Shown here in pieces: positions 36,660-50,174 of a DNA stretch of 64,000 bases. Each line of letters begins with the position of its first letter. Positions within the stretch are counted from its first letter, which is position 1. This DNA is from Moniliella sp. 'wahieum' (taxonomy: Eukaryota). The position numbers and the translations under genes were made by a program. The notes beneath the pieces were generated by a model. The model was not told the origin of the DNA. It saw only the letters and a program-made list of their open reading frames with translations, and made no database searches. The stretch spans positions 1 to 64,000 of the forward strand of contig RSEE01000050.1 in assembly GCA_003971905.1 (NCBI GenBank), given 5' to 3'.

Positions 36660-39600
36660 CTACCAGCAGTAGAGCAGCGTGCAGCGGTTGAACAGCGCCG
36701 GCGACGCGGCGGCCCGCGAGCCCATTCCTGCCGACGGTGGATTCATGGTGAACGTGACATGGAGGTTCTTGGAGATTTCACTCGAGAACCATTTGAGCAG
36801 TTCTTCGGGCGAGTCGAGCATCAAGCCGTCCCGCTGCGCTCCGTCCTTGCATGCCGTCAACAGGGCCGCCGCATTGTCACCTTCAAACAGGCCCGGCACC
36901 TCGTTGTTGGCCAAGAGCGTGTTCATCCGTTCCAGCTGCGCCGGATCCTTGACTTGGGACTCGTCAATGATAAAGTTGACTTTTTCGCCATTGCATCCCA
37001 CGCGCTTGAGCACTTCACGCAGATCATCGTCAAACTCGGCCATGCCGTACTTGTGCGACGGCGCGATCTGGAAGATGCTCAGACCATTGATCCAGGCCAC
37101 AAAGCGCGACAGCGTCGTCCGTCCACTTCCCGACAGACCCAGCATCAGCACATGGCCCTGCCGTTGGCGCAGGATGCGGTCCACGCTGCAAGCCAAGTCC
37201 AGGACACCATCAAACAGGACCAAGTTCGTGTCCAGCTCCTCCTCGGCAAACTGGCGCAGACGCGCACTGACATAGTTCCGCAACGCATCGCGCGAGACGG
37301 AAACCGAGTGCTTGGACATCCAGGGGCTAAAGAGGATCGGTCGCTCCAGGGCGTCCTCACGTTGAATGGTGGGGAAGTGCTGAAGCGCCACGGCATCAAT
37401 CTTCTCGTCTGTCCAGCGCCGCTCCTCCTCCGTCACCAACCGGTCCTGGAACAGACGCAAGCCCTCGTGCGCCCAAATGCGCACCAGGCCCTCGAGGCTC
37501 AGCGACTCGAGCGGTTGGATCGCAGCATACACGCCGCGCATCCACCGCGTGAGCTCACGAGGCGAATAAACATAGTGGGCTTGACGGTCTGGCGTAAACT
37601 CGTGCTGGGAGGCAAGGTAAAAGTCGACCATGGCCGCCGTGATGGGTTCGGCGTAGCCGCGCAGCGTAGGTACCACCTTGAGCATCGCACGGTTGAACGT
37701 CTGGTAAATCTGGTTGAGCGACACCTCGCCCGGGTAGTCCACCATGACGAGTGGTGCATGGCGGAGGAAGCGGTGGCTCAACGGCACACGTCCCGGGTCC
37801 GTAGGGGGTTGCACGCCCCGACAAACTGGATGCGTTCCAGTTGCACCCATGCCTTGTCCGATGCGCGCCAGAATCCGCCCGACTCGACAAGTTGGCGCAA
37901 GAAGGAGATGACGCGTTGCGTCCCGTACTTGTCGAGTGCCGGCAAATTGATCTCATCGCAGAACACCACGATCCACCGTCCAATCTGCTGGGGCGACAAG
38001 AAAACGCCATTGGACGTCTTGTGGTACTCGCAGTACTGCTCGAACGTCTTGAGGATCAGCTCGGGTGTGGTCGCCGAAGAGAAGTTGAGACCGACAACCT
38101 CCATGTCGGTCAACTTGCGCAGCGCACTGAACAACGTCATCGTCTTTCCCGACCCGGGTGGGCCACAGAGCAGCAGTGGCTTGTGCTCCGACAGCCACGA
38201 GTACAGCACCTCCTCGTGTCGCACGTATCCATAGTGGGATAACAATGTCCGATGACAAGACCGCGCGGGTCTCAATGTCGATCGTTGGTACTCTGCTCTG
38301 CCACGGGAACCAGTCTGCCCATTGATCTGCACGTCGTAGTCGATCAAGGAACCGTTGGAGCCGAGCGGGGGCAAGTCCACCCCGGCTTGACGCGAGATAA
38401 AGTCACCCAGCTGGGCCCGCACCCCCAATTTCGAATCGCCGCTAAAGGACCAAACCAGCGCAATAACCAGGCGTTTGACCATGTAGCTCTCGATCTGCTC
38501 GGCGGTGAGCGGGAAGTCAATGTGGTCTTGGTTGTACGCCTGGATGTTGCGCACCGACTGTTGAGCAGACTGAAGAGGGTCGTCAGCGCACGCGCCGTGG
38601 TAAAGTCCATAATATGCCATGTTGTTGGCGAATTCGAGTGCGCGGTTGACCAGCCCATCGTCGCTAAAGTACGGAGCGAGCACGTCGGCCACAATTCGCT
38701 GTTGATCAATTCGGGCGACACGTTCGCATCGTCATCTGGGGCCTTCTAAGCTTCGCCAAGCCCAGACCATCGTCGTCATCCGTGCCCAGGACCATTGAGC
38801 GCAGGTTGGAGAGATAGTGGTGGTACAGCATGTTGGACTGAACAATATCATCACTGAACCAAATCATGCCGCACCGGGAAACGGTAGCCAAGGTGGCGTA
38901 CTTGAGATGTTCCACCTCAAAGATGATTTTGACGTTGGGAGGCAAGTTCAAGCGTTCACCATTGGGCAGCGTCAAGAGCTTGTTGTCGTCCAGTACCCTA
39001 CACACACACGCACACACATTCCAAACATGGTTAGCATCCTTACAACGTCGAGGCTCATATGCAAGCGGATGAGGAAAGAGACGTACGAGTTGAGGTTCTC
39101 GACCCACTCGGGGTCCACATCACCATCAAAGATGATCCAGTGGCGCTTGGTGCTCTCGCCACGAACGTTGTCGACAATCTTACGCAAGATGTGGGTGAAG
39201 AGACCATCAGTCCACTCGCGGGTCGTTTGGTCGAGCGTACCGTACAGGGCATCTTTCGACATGGCCTTGGGGTCGATCACGTACGACACGCCCTCCACGC
39301 CTTCCATCTTTTCCAGTGCAGCCAGCAAGACACGCCAGGCGGTGGACTTGCCGGTACCCGATGGCCCAACGAGCATGAGACCATGAGAGATCTTTTGAAT
39401 GAGGTACAGCTGGATCACCTTGTCGAGCCAGAGACCCTTGTTGACCAAATTCTGCTCGGCACAGACTGCCGAGATGTGTTCCTTCATTTTTTCCAACGCC
39501 ATCGGGTTTACTCCACATTGGGGAACACATCCGACAAGAGCGACGTGAGCAGCGGCACATCTTCTGCACCAGCTTGGGCACGATCGTCTCGTAAACGCTC

Positions 39601-42600
39601 TGAATGAGCAGTTCCTGCTCCGACTGTGCCATGTCCTGGTGCGCTGGGCTGAGTAAGAGCCGCTCGCGCTTGAGTTGGCCAGCGCTCACCAAGACCGACT
39701 TGAGCGCACGCAGGCCAAAGTCATAGTGGGGCTGGGGGCTGAGCTGCTCAAGACAGAGATTGAAGAAGGGGACAATTTTGCTCGCCAGGACCTCGGCGTG
39801 CGGAACCCTTGGGAGAAGAGCATCACCTGTGCAATCAACTCGCGGTCGGGCTGCGTCATGGCCATTGGCCTGAACAGTTTCTTGAGATTGTCTGGCAAGT
39901 TGGACCGCCCGCATAGGTCGGGTTGGTGGTGATAAAGATGCCGGTACGCGGGTTGATCTGCACGCTCTTGCCAACGAGTTCGATCTCTGTATCGGGTTTG
40001 GAGGCTGCCGTGGCCAGCCCGGCCTGGATGGCCTGTACTTGCTGCGATACGGCCGACAGAATCCGCTCTTCCAACCGATTAAACTCGTCGAAGCAGCCCC
40101 ACGCACCCACGCGGCAAAGACCGACAAAGATCCGGCCCATGGCCTGGAAATCAAACGTCTCGTCACAACAGAAGACGAGGACAAACATGCCAAGTTGTAC
40201 GCCCATGGCTTTCACCGACTCGGTCTTGCCCGTCCCGGCCGGCCCGAACGGTGCCCCACCCAACTGCTGGTTCAGGGCCTGGGTTAGGGTGAGGTAACAA
40301 CGATCCGTCAACGGTGTCTGCACCAGCCGGTCGGGCACACCCAAGTACTCCCATCCGTACGGGAAGACAGCTTGAGCCATGTGGATCTTGAGCCGGTCCA
40401 ACGGTCCTCCACCGCCGCGTCAAAGTAGAACCGCATATGATAGAGCCACGCAAAGTCGGTCTCGGACTTGATGTCTTGCGTTTGGAGCAGGCGAATCACG
40501 TCGCGTTGGTGAACAAGTTCGGTGATCAGGTGCTCGCACTTGCGTCGCTGGAGCAAAGGCACGTCCGTCAAGACGGTATCGGCAGCATATCGAGTCCACG
40601 TAGGACAATATTGAGCGCGTCCGACAGGTCGCCTACTTTCAGACCTTGTTCCACCACAACGTGGTCCAGATGATCTGGGTGGTCAGCACGACCAGCTGAG
40701 CGGGGTACGTGTCGATCCAGGCGAGGAACTTGTCAAGCGACAGGCCCTCCTTGGCGCCGTAGAAAGACTTGAGGTCGGCATAGGCATCATGGAGCTTGTG
40801 CGCCAGCGAGACGCGCATCATGTTCTCAATCGCCGCCAACCAATCGTTCACCTTGGTAAAGTCTTTGAGCACGATCGGTTGATGGAACGCGACCACTTCG
40901 CCCTCGCGACTGGTCATGCCCCGCAGCTGCGTCGCTTCCTCGTCCACCTCAATCGTCGCCACGCCGGCAAACATCTTCTTGAGGTGCTTGAGCACGCGGT
41001 GGACATCCTTGCTGTTGCCAATAATTTCCAGCAAATCCTCGTCACCGACAAAGTAGAAACGGGGGAAGCTGGCGCGCTCGCGTTCCAGGTACTCGCCCAA
41101 CGCCTTTTGGATCTTGCCCAGCAGGTCGGCCAGACGGTCGAGACTCTTTTGAACCTGGGGGATGTTGAGCACCTCGAGGACAAAGGGGCTTTGTACACCT
41201 TTTTCATCACGGCCAAAAACTCCGAGTTGATGTTTTGGAACCGGGAGCTTTCGATGGGCAAGATGTGACGAATTTCGGCGCTGCCGGTAAAGATGCCCTC
41301 GAGGTAGACCCACTGGCGTTGCACGTCGATCCACGTGTCAAACAAGACGAGGACCTTGGACAGCCGGTCTTCCCAGATCTTGGCGTCTTCCTCAAATACC
41401 TTGTAGTGCGGCGACATGGACATGGCCTTGAGCGCATTGTGGTTGTCCGAGGCAAGTTGGAACAGGTTGTCCCAGCCGCGGATCAGACGGCACTTGTTCT
41501 GATAGTTGACCAGTTCCAGCGGGTAGTTGGTCCAGGTTTCGCGAACCTGCTTAATGTATTCCTCCAACGCCAGTTCTCCCTGGGCGACCGCCAAGACACT
41601 CTTGACCACCGATTCGTTGCGCTTCAGGTCCAGATCCCAAACGGTGCCCAAGGTGACCGAGGAAGGGTGTAGAGCTGGGTGATCTTGAGCTGCTTGTAGA
41701 GCGAACGCCAATGACGCTCCCGCATCGCCTCGCTCTTGAGATCCTGCACCAACATGTTGGCCTTGAGCAGGGAACGCAGTTGCTCCTGCATGTACTCAAA
41801 CGCAGCGTACTGCCGCATGCGACTGGGCAATTCCTTCATCTGGTTGATCAAGCCATCGAGGCGTTGGCGAATCTTGCGGGTCTGGACATTGGCCCAGTGA
41901 ATTTCGCGCAGCTCGTTGATCTGCCCCCAGGTCCCGGAGAGCGCGGTCCAGACGCCCTTGAGGTCCGCCAGCTCCTCCTGAATCGGTTCCAGACGGTCAT
42001 CGGGACGATGGTCAAGCTCGAGCGATTCTTTGGCCCGCGCCATCAGGTCCCGTTCATCGCTCAATTGCTGAAGACGCGAATCAAAGCTAGCAATGGCAGC
42101 CAGTGCGTCTTCCGGTTGGATACGCCCCTGGATGGGTTTGTTCTGTTCCCAATCGGCAGTGAGGTGGTGATCTTTTCGCGCAAGATCTGGTCTTGGGCCG
42201 ACATTTTGGCCTGCAGGCCAGGCAGCTGGTCCTGAATCGAGGCGTTCTTGCGTTTGAGAATCTCGTTGAACGCGCTCCCTCGCCTTCGATCTGGTCAATG
42301 TAGAGCCAGTCGCTCGGGAACATGTAGCGCTGTCGCTCCAACGTCTTTTGACCCGTCGAGAAAATCTCAATTTGCGGCGCCCACTTCTTGACGTTGCGCT
42401 TCAGGTCCTGGACCAACGTGATAAACGTCACCGTCGCCGCCGTGGTGCTCGACTCGATCGAGTGCTGTTCCAGATCCAAGCGGGCCTTGGAGATCTTGGC
42501 GTACATCTCCGACATGGCTGCGCCGAGTTTGCTGCCAAACCGATTGAGAATGTCGCGTTGCCACGCATCGTACTTGGAGTTGACGCGCGACTGGACCTGT

Positions 42601-45600
42601 TCGTAGTCCACCACAGCAATACCAAACGAGCGCTGGGTCTCGCTGTTGTCAAAGGTGGAACGTGTCTTGCGAATGTCGGCCAGGAGCGCTTGCCATTTCG
42701 CCAAGTCGTCCCCCAACGAGTCAAACACCCTCTCCGCCTCCAAGTCCCACAACGACTGGAACTGGAGCCACTTGCCAACATACTGGGTCAACTTTTGTAG
42801 CTGGCCCTCGACCAGTGCAATGGGCAGCTCCAGCGTGCCCGGCGGCAACTTGGTCAGGAGCGAGGAAAACGTGCTTTCCTTCTCGTCTTGGCCCAGTACT
42901 GGAAACCCAGTTCGTAGCGCGCACTCTGCACACGCGGCAGGAGGCAGATGTTGGCAATGACACCTTGCAAGCGTTGGATCCAATCGGCGCGCGAGTGCTC
43001 CAGTGGTGGGTCAAGATAAATGACGTGATTCTGGATTCTCACTTCGTGGGTGACCACGGGCAAATCGACCGTGTCCTGCGATGTCTGTTCAGCCTAAGGA
43101 GAAGAGGGTTAGCGTCTAACTTCCTAGCCGGGCGCAAGGAGCCTAGGGTCAAGGGGCAAAAACGGAGAAGAGAGAGAAAGAGAGAAGAGCGTACCTCGTT
43201 CTGCTGTTTTTTAGGCTGAGGACGGGAGGAAGAGCGGTCCTTGACAAACTCTTGGCACCAGACCTGGATGATGCCTTGAGCCGCTCGATCAGGCTGTTTC
43301 GGTAGCTGCACAATCTGCGCCGTCCACTCGTCCAGGTTGGGGTAGCCTTCCAAGTTGAGTTGGTCCACCGTGGTTTGGATCTTGTTCAGCCGGGCGGCAA
43401 ACTCAGTGTAGGATAAGGGCAGACAGTCAACTCCTCCACCAACTGCTCCATCTGCTCCTGCATCGCGATCACCTCGGCCGCACGGTCTTGGTACAGGACA
43501 CGGCACTAGCAAAGGAGCGGACGTAGGCGACCGTCTTGTGTTCCTGCGCGGCCATGTGTTGGCCGCGGTACCAGGGAGGTAGTGCGCACCCGACCCGAAC
43601 TGTCGTAGGCCGACTTGAGGTTTTCCCAGCGCGAGCTAAAGCCCTGGGAGATGAGGGTATTGACGTCGGTCTGCAGCTGGGCGAGGAGACACTTGATTTT
43701 GGGGTGTTTGGCAACCAGGTTGTTGGTCTGGTTGTAGGTGCGGACCGTCTCGGTCAAGCTGACCGCATGGGGTAAATCCGCCGCGCATCCCGTGCCACGT
43801 TCTGCACAGCAAACGGGATGGTGGGCGTCGGGATATTGAGCAAAGCAGGTTGCGCACCTCTTTGAACAGCGTGATGACCTGCGGGTCAAGTTGACGCTGA
43901 GTGTGTAAACCCCAGTAGAGCGGGTAAAGGTAATGGCAAACATGCGCCCCGTGACGTTCAAGTCACGCCGTTGGATGTCGCGTAGCCACGCTTGCAGCAG
44001 CGGGCCGGGTCAAGCTTGCGGCGGAAACCATCCGATTCGTTCTTGAGCTTCTGCCCCTCGCGTAGTCCTCCCATCCGCGGCCCAGCACATCCTCCACACG
44101 GTGCATGTACACCTTGAGCTGGTTATCAATCTGACGAGTCCAGATGATGGCGCCGGCAATATTGGGCAGGTCGCGCACTGGCTCATGTGGTGGGCCTCGC
44201 TGTTTTGGTACTGCCGCTAAACTTGTCGTGCAGGCCCTGGATATCGGCCTTGACACTGTGCAGAAGCTGCTGCTGGTACTCTTGCACCGCACCGCGCACC
44301 TTGGGTCGAACAAAGAGCGTGTTGAATTGCGACAGGACCCGCATGTCCGCGCTGTCTTGGCCTGACCCAGCAGGTCGCGCAGTCGCGCAATCAAGCTGTT
44401 CTCTACCCTGCAACCCGCTCGTTGTACGCCAGTTCGGCCGACGCCCAAATTTCGGCACCTTCCAAGCTCACATCCAGCACGTCGATCGCCTTGACCGAGT
44501 CGTACGCCGCATTGATCGCATCCATCATCTTGCTGCCAGCAAGGGTGCTGTTGCGTCTCTGCACTCACCGCCGCCGTACTGGCCAGGCTCATTGCCTTGC
44601 CGGAAGAGACCATGATACGAAGCTGTTCATGCGTCTTGCGAAAGGTAGCAAGATACGACAGCCGGTTGCGCAGCTGCAAATGTACCGGGTTGACCTTGAT
44701 GGGCAAGAACTTTCGCCGCGCTTTTTGATCACCTCGCGACCTGTCGAGACAAACTCTTTGTGGCCCTCATCCCAAGCGGAGAAATACGTGCGAGGCGGAT
44801 TCGAGAGTAGAGTAAAACCGCTCATACTCCATGTACATGATCCGCAAGGGACCAAGGATGTTGATCAGAGTGTCATTCAAGTCGCGCGAGATGGCATCGA
44901 CAAGGGAAAGCGCCTTCTTGACCGGATACGGACTGATGCGGAGCTTCTTGTTCAGATGAGAAAAGACAGCGAGCAGCGCATCGGCAGCCCGGTCCAGGTC
45001 GGTGGCTGAAAGAAGATCGTTGATGGGAAAGTCGCGCATCAACAGGTTGAAGAGATGAGTGCGCTCTGCGCACTCCTTCAGTCCCGTGTCGGCGAGGAAA
45101 GAGGTGGTGGCGTGGTAGCGCTTCGCACTGCGGAGATATCGAGCGTGAGCACGACAGGTGCTGAACGCAACTGATTCTCAATCTGCTCCTGTGCCTTTTC
45201 CATCGAGAGCCAAAAGTTAACCTCTTGGGATGCCGTGCCCGTAGCGGGGTCTCGGTCCAACTTGGTGACCGTCTGGATCTCCTTGACCCAGCCATTGACG
45301 TCGGCTTGAAGGCGATTGAGGAAGGTAGAGTCTTGCAGCATCGATGGTGGCTCAATCGCATCGACTGTGATACGACGGTCCTCGGCCTGGCAGCGCTCTA
45401 CGGTTTGACGTACGACGGGGTGCACGTTGAGGTGGATCTCGGGGATCTCGACATTCTGCTGGAGGTGCAAAAGAGAGACCTCGAGCTCAGCAAACTTTTT
45501 TTGTCATCGGAATCCCCAGACGGGCGTCGTTCTCCTTGCCCTTGAGCACGCTTCCAGCGCCCGGGGCGGTGACAGTAAGGTCCGAGGCAGCATCGGCGCT

Positions 45601-46394
45601 CTTGCTGTTGACGTAGGCGTCAAACCAGGGGGCCATCACGTTGTGGACAACACTATGCAGTGCCTCAAAAGGCGTCTCTCGGAGCCCTTTGCTCTCGTTG
45701 TTGACCTTGCCTGTTCGGTCGCCGAGGGTCTCGCGCTTGTCATCGGCAGGCAGACCAAGAGCGTTGGCCGGGCCAAAGAGGGAGAAGATGTAGATCTGCT
45801 GCGAGAGAGGCACATCGGCTTCGAGGAAGGGGACGCGCTTGATGAGCGCAATGCTGGCGACAAGTTGATTGTTGTACGCCACCTCGGTCGTGATTGTATA
45901 AACGCACGGATCGCCTGCATAGAGAATGACAGTCAGTCACGACGTACGAGTGGTGTAGCGGGGTGGGGGGGGAGGGAAGAACGCACTGGGGTCACTGTCG
46001 GCATCAGGGCTCTGTTTGCGGAGCTGGTTGATGTATATGACAGGAATGCTGGGCTCGCGAGCAAAGGTGGCCGCGATATCGTGCCAGCTTGGGCGGTCGC
46101 TGCTTGCAGCAAGCTCGGCGTCGCCGTTGGGGGGCGCGGCGAGAGGGGGGGACGAAGGGGGGGGCGAAGGAGTCGGAATCGAGGCCGGGGCGGCGGGACC
46201 AGGTGGGTGGGTGGGGCAAAAAGAGAGGCTTCGAGGGCAGAAACCTGGGAATTGAGAAGGGGGGGCAGGATGGAGACAAGGTAGCTGCGCAGCGTGTCGA
46301 TGTCGAACGCAAAGCTGGGCTCGGGCGCATCGAGCAGGTCAGCCGATGGAGCGCTGCGGGACGGCCTTCGGTAGCCCGCCGTCAGGACAGACAT
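36660..46394 (-). CDS. dyn1: Cytoplasmic dynein heavy chain, N-terminal polypeptide (tail + linker + AAA1-AAA4), Ustilago Dyn1-type
   Basis: Tail motifs [13 protein letters not shown] and [13 protein letters not shown]; linker [15 protein letters not shown] and [21 protein letters not shown]-loops [33 protein letters not shown]; ends [19 protein letters not shown] at 36660. Introns near 45986-45915, 43194-43088 and 39086-38998. Many frameshifts. Confidence 0.95.
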
Positions 46395-47445
46395 GGCCGC
46401 GGGCGGGCAGGGGGGAGGGGGGGGGGGGGGAGGCGGAGGCGGTGGTGGAGGGAGGGGAGGTGGTGGTAGTGGCGGCGAGAGCCAAGGCAATGGCGGTGGT
46501 GGCCGAGGCGTGTCTGCCGGCGTGACGGTGGATGCTGGACTGGCCGTGGCGGTTGACTGGCTGGTGGCGCAGGCGAGCCACGCACCCCCCACCCACACTG
46601 GCCCCGTGCGGGACGCGCATGCCGCATTACGTACGCGCATTGCCATTTGAAGCTGCCGTCTATCACCCGCCATTGGTCGCCGATCACCGACCATATGAGC
46701 GAGTTGAAAGCGGCCAGCACCACCGAGAAGGCGCGCTTCGGGGGCGCGCACTAGGCAGCCCGCCACCACCAGAGGGCCGTCCAATCGATATAGAGGAGCG
46801 CTACGCACTGGATCTGCTCCAGCATGCAGCATCTGGCATGCGACATCCTCCCAGCATCCTCCGGTATGCCCGCGTGTGGTAGGAGGAGCCACGAGAGAGT
46901 GTCTGCGTGTGGGGTATCGGTGCGTGGGAGAGGGAAGGACGTGCATTGCAGACAGGGGGGTAGGGCTGCTATCTGTGTCGGTCGGGGGCGGACAAGCTCT
47001 CTCGAGAATGTTGGCCGAGGGAAGCTTGAGGCTCAGCGGCCGAGAGGCCCAAGGCGGGCGTGAGCGGCTCCAACCGCCGGGTGGGTCGCCCCGGCTGGGA
47101 GCCGAAGCAAGCAAGTTTGGAGTTGGGTGGAAGGGTCTGGTGCGTGCTTCTCGCTGTTGCGCCCCGAGCTGGTCGGCAAGGCAGGAGAGGTGGGGTAACC
47201 AGCCGGTAAGCGTTTAGCGCTAAGCGGGGCGTGGCAATCGGTTCTGTGAAACCCCTCTCCTGGCCCATCATCACGCATCGCGCGCGTCAGGCGTCTCCCA
47301 TGCGACGCGGCTGAAGCGATCTCATAACTCCCTACTGAGTAGTCCTCCCCGGCACCATCCGTACTACCAAGTTGAGTCCTCAACTCAACGCAGTCCTCGC
47401 GAGGCTCAGCCGCAATGGGTCGCACAGCAGCACGTGCCATCCGCC

Positions 47446-47590
47446 CGATGGAAAAGGTATCTACAACGATGGAAGGCAGATGGCAGGCAGATGGCAGGCA
47501 GATGGCAGGCAGATGGAAGGTATCTCAGATGGAAGGCAGATGGAAGGTACCTCAGACGGAAGGCAGACGGCAGACAGACAGAAGGCATCC
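47446..47590 (+). repeat. Degenerate 11-bp tandem repeat (GATGGMAGGCA) with interrupting spacers
   Basis: About 10 units read directly in the divergent dyn1/DGA1 intergenic region. Confidence 0.8.
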
Positions 47591-47805
47591 CAGCTGGAAG
47601 GCCAAGACGGACGCCAGACAGCGCACGCGGCCAAGGCGCCACGAACGTCTAACCCACACGGCAAGATCCAGCTGCCCCGCCGTTTTGTTGTGCCCCGCAC
47701 AGACCCACTGTATCACACTCTTAACCCCTGGTCCACCGCGAATTTACGCCGCCTGCGTCCGCCTCGCCCGCCTTGCCCGCCGCGTCCTTCCTGCCTCCCA
47801 GCACC

Positions 47806-49437
47806 ATGTCCGCCCGCCGCGCCCCCACCCAGCACCTCAATGGCCATCCCCCGCCGCCGCCCACCGCCGCTGCGGCTGCCGCTGCCCCCGCCGCCGCCCC
47901 CGACGACGACGACGCCGAGGAGGGCCAGCCACCATCCGACGCGCCAGCCGCGAGCTGCATCGCCAACACTCGCTCCGCTTTGTCCCCACCGTCAGCATGC
48001 GCCACCGCCGGATGCAAACGCTCGCCGTCTTCCTCTGGGGGCTGAGCATCCCCATCTGTCTCATCCTCTTCTTCTTTTGCTGGTACGCCCTCCCTCCCCG
48101 TTCCCGCGTCGCCCCGTTGTCCCACTCCGCATCCCGCCATCCCGCCTTGGCTCTGACGCTTGGCTGTTGACTGGTGCGGTGGCGGTGGCGGTGGCAGTGA
48201 GAGTGGCGCAGGGCTCGTAGCTGACCGGTAACCCCTCCCCCTGCCCTCGAAAATGGACTTTACTTATCTCTCTCTCCGTGCTCTGCCTCCCTGGGGAACT
48301 CGGGACCCAGTTCGATCCCCCTGTTGTGGCCGTTGGTCGTTCCGTACCTCATCTGGGTCTTCTTTTTCGACACGGCGCCCGAAAATGGCGGCCGGCCCAT
48401 CGCAGCGATTCGCCAGGCCCAGTTCTGGAAGTACTTTGCTGGGTACTACCCCATCAGCTGCATCAAGGTAACCCCTCCTCCTCCCCCTCCCACTCCCAAT
48501 CCGAATCCCTTTTTGTTTGTTCCCCCCCTCCCAGGGTACGCTGGCCATGTGAACTGACCTTTTTTTGGGCATGCTCTTCTGGCCGGACCGCGCGTGCGAC
48601 AACAGACAGTGGACCTGCCGCCGGACAAGCCGTACCTGTTTGGCTACCACCCGCACGGCGTGGTGGGCATGGGAGCGGTGGCCAACTTTGCCACGGACGC
48701 GACCGAGTTTGCCTCGTCCTTTCCTGGTATCCACACGCACCTTCTCACGCTGGCCAGCAACTTTAAGTTGCCGTTCTTCCGGGACTTTCTCATGTCCTTG
48801 GGCATTGGCAGTGTGAGTCGAGCGAGTTGCGAGGCGATCCTACGCCAAGGACCCGGCAGCTCCATTACCATTGTGGTCGGAGGCGCAACCGAGAGCCTGA
48901 AGGCGCACCCGGGCACGGCCGACTTGACCCTGCGCCGGCGGTTGGGGTTCATCAAGATTGCCATTCGCAATGGGGCGGCGTTGGTGCCCGTGTTTGCGTT
49001 TGGGGAGAATGATATTTTTGCCCAGCTGGCCAACGACAAGGGCACCGCACTCTATGGCTTTCAAAAGCGCTTCCAAGCCCTGTTTGGGTTCACTTTGCCC
49101 TTATTTCATGGTCGTGGCGTGTTCAACTACCATATTGGGCTCTTGCCCTTTCGCCACCCGATTGTCGCCTGTGTCGGACGGCCAATCGAGACGGTTCAAA
49201 ACAAGCACCCGACCCCGCAGGAAATTGAGGAAGTACAGGAGCGCTACATTGCTGAACTGAAACGGTACGTGCCATGCCCCCCTGCTGGCGTCGACGCTAC
49301 GACCCTGGGAATCGTACTGTGGCACAGAGCACGCACTCACATTCTCCGTTTTCTTCTTGTTTGCTTGCCACCAGGATCTGGGTACATGGAAAGACCAGTA
49401 CGCAGCCAACCGAACCAAGGAACTGACGATCGACTAG
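47806..49437 (+). CDS. DGA1: Diacylglycerol O-acyltransferase 2 (DGAT2/DAGAT family)
   Basis: RFVPTV..RRMQTLAV; FWKYFAGYYPIS; YLFGYHPHGVVGMGA; IVVGGATESL; RRLGFIKIAIRNGAALVPVFAFGEND; VGRPI. Introns about 48083-48310, 48468-48605 and 49265-49374. Confidence 0.93.
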
Positions 49438-50083
49438 CTATTTCCCCTCCTGTTATCCCGTTTCCACTATTTTTCTCTCCTTATCCGCCTTGTTGATGTG
49501 CCCGCCCCGGCTGGCACCCCCTTTGCCTCGCACAGCTTTTCCGCCTGGAAACCCCCCCACGGCCCACACAACGAAACCTAAGGTGATGTGGGGGGTACGT
49601 TTGGTTTAACTTAATACCGCGAACGCATACGAGTTGAATCCTGCTTGGCCTGTGGCCGCGGCCATGATGGGGTTCGAACAAGATGAAATCGTAGTGGTGG
49701 GGTGGGGAGGGCGAGGGGGAAGGGGGCGGGGACGGGGAGAGGGCAGCCCAGAACGAGGTTCGGTAGCATGCAGAGGGACAAACAACAGACGGGGGGCAAG
49801 GAACAGAAAGAAAAGGAACGAAAAAGGAACGAAAAAGGAAAGGAAAGGGTGAGAGAAGGCCAAGACCAGGGGATGAGATACGTCAAGATAAGCGAACCAC
49901 GCGATGGATGGGATGCGTGCGATCCAAAGCACATGTGCGACGAAGTCAGAGGAGGGAGAGATCAAGGACATCGAAATCAGCTGATCGATCGGATCTCAGA
50001 TCCCATACCTCCGATGGGTAGGCAAGAAACAGTGGAACCAGTTCGGGTCCCAGGCGGGGTACAGGGGGAAGGCAAGATAAGAC

Positions 50084-50155
50084 AGAGCAAGGCAACGCAA
50101 GGCAACGCAACATAGCGCAACGCAACGCAAGGCCAAACAAGGCCAGGCAAGGCCG
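50084..50155 (+). repeat. Degenerate pentamer repeat (SGCAA)n
   Basis: ggcaa/cgcaa units read directly downstream of the amidohydrolase gene. Confidence 0.65.
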
Positions 50156-50174
50156 CGAGAAGGCCCAGGGAGAA

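Noticed and set aside
36573..38234. Long antisense ORFs over dynein (553 aa) and over the transporter (53437-54849)
   Set aside because: Shadow ORFs from GC-biased codon usage of the sense gene; no recognisable domains.
36660..46394. Calling dynein and other frameshifted genes pseudogenes
   Set aside because: Strong motif conservation and window-wide indels are better explained by sequencing error.
47446..47590. Repeat-spacer pattern resembling a CRISPR array
   Set aside because: 11-bp units with near-identical 7-bp interruptions, eukaryotic context, no cas genes; it is a minisatellite.
10089..49437. ERG5 + TGL lipase + DGA1 as a lipid gene cluster
   Set aside because: Spread over about 40 kb and interleaved with unrelated genes; no evidence of clustering.
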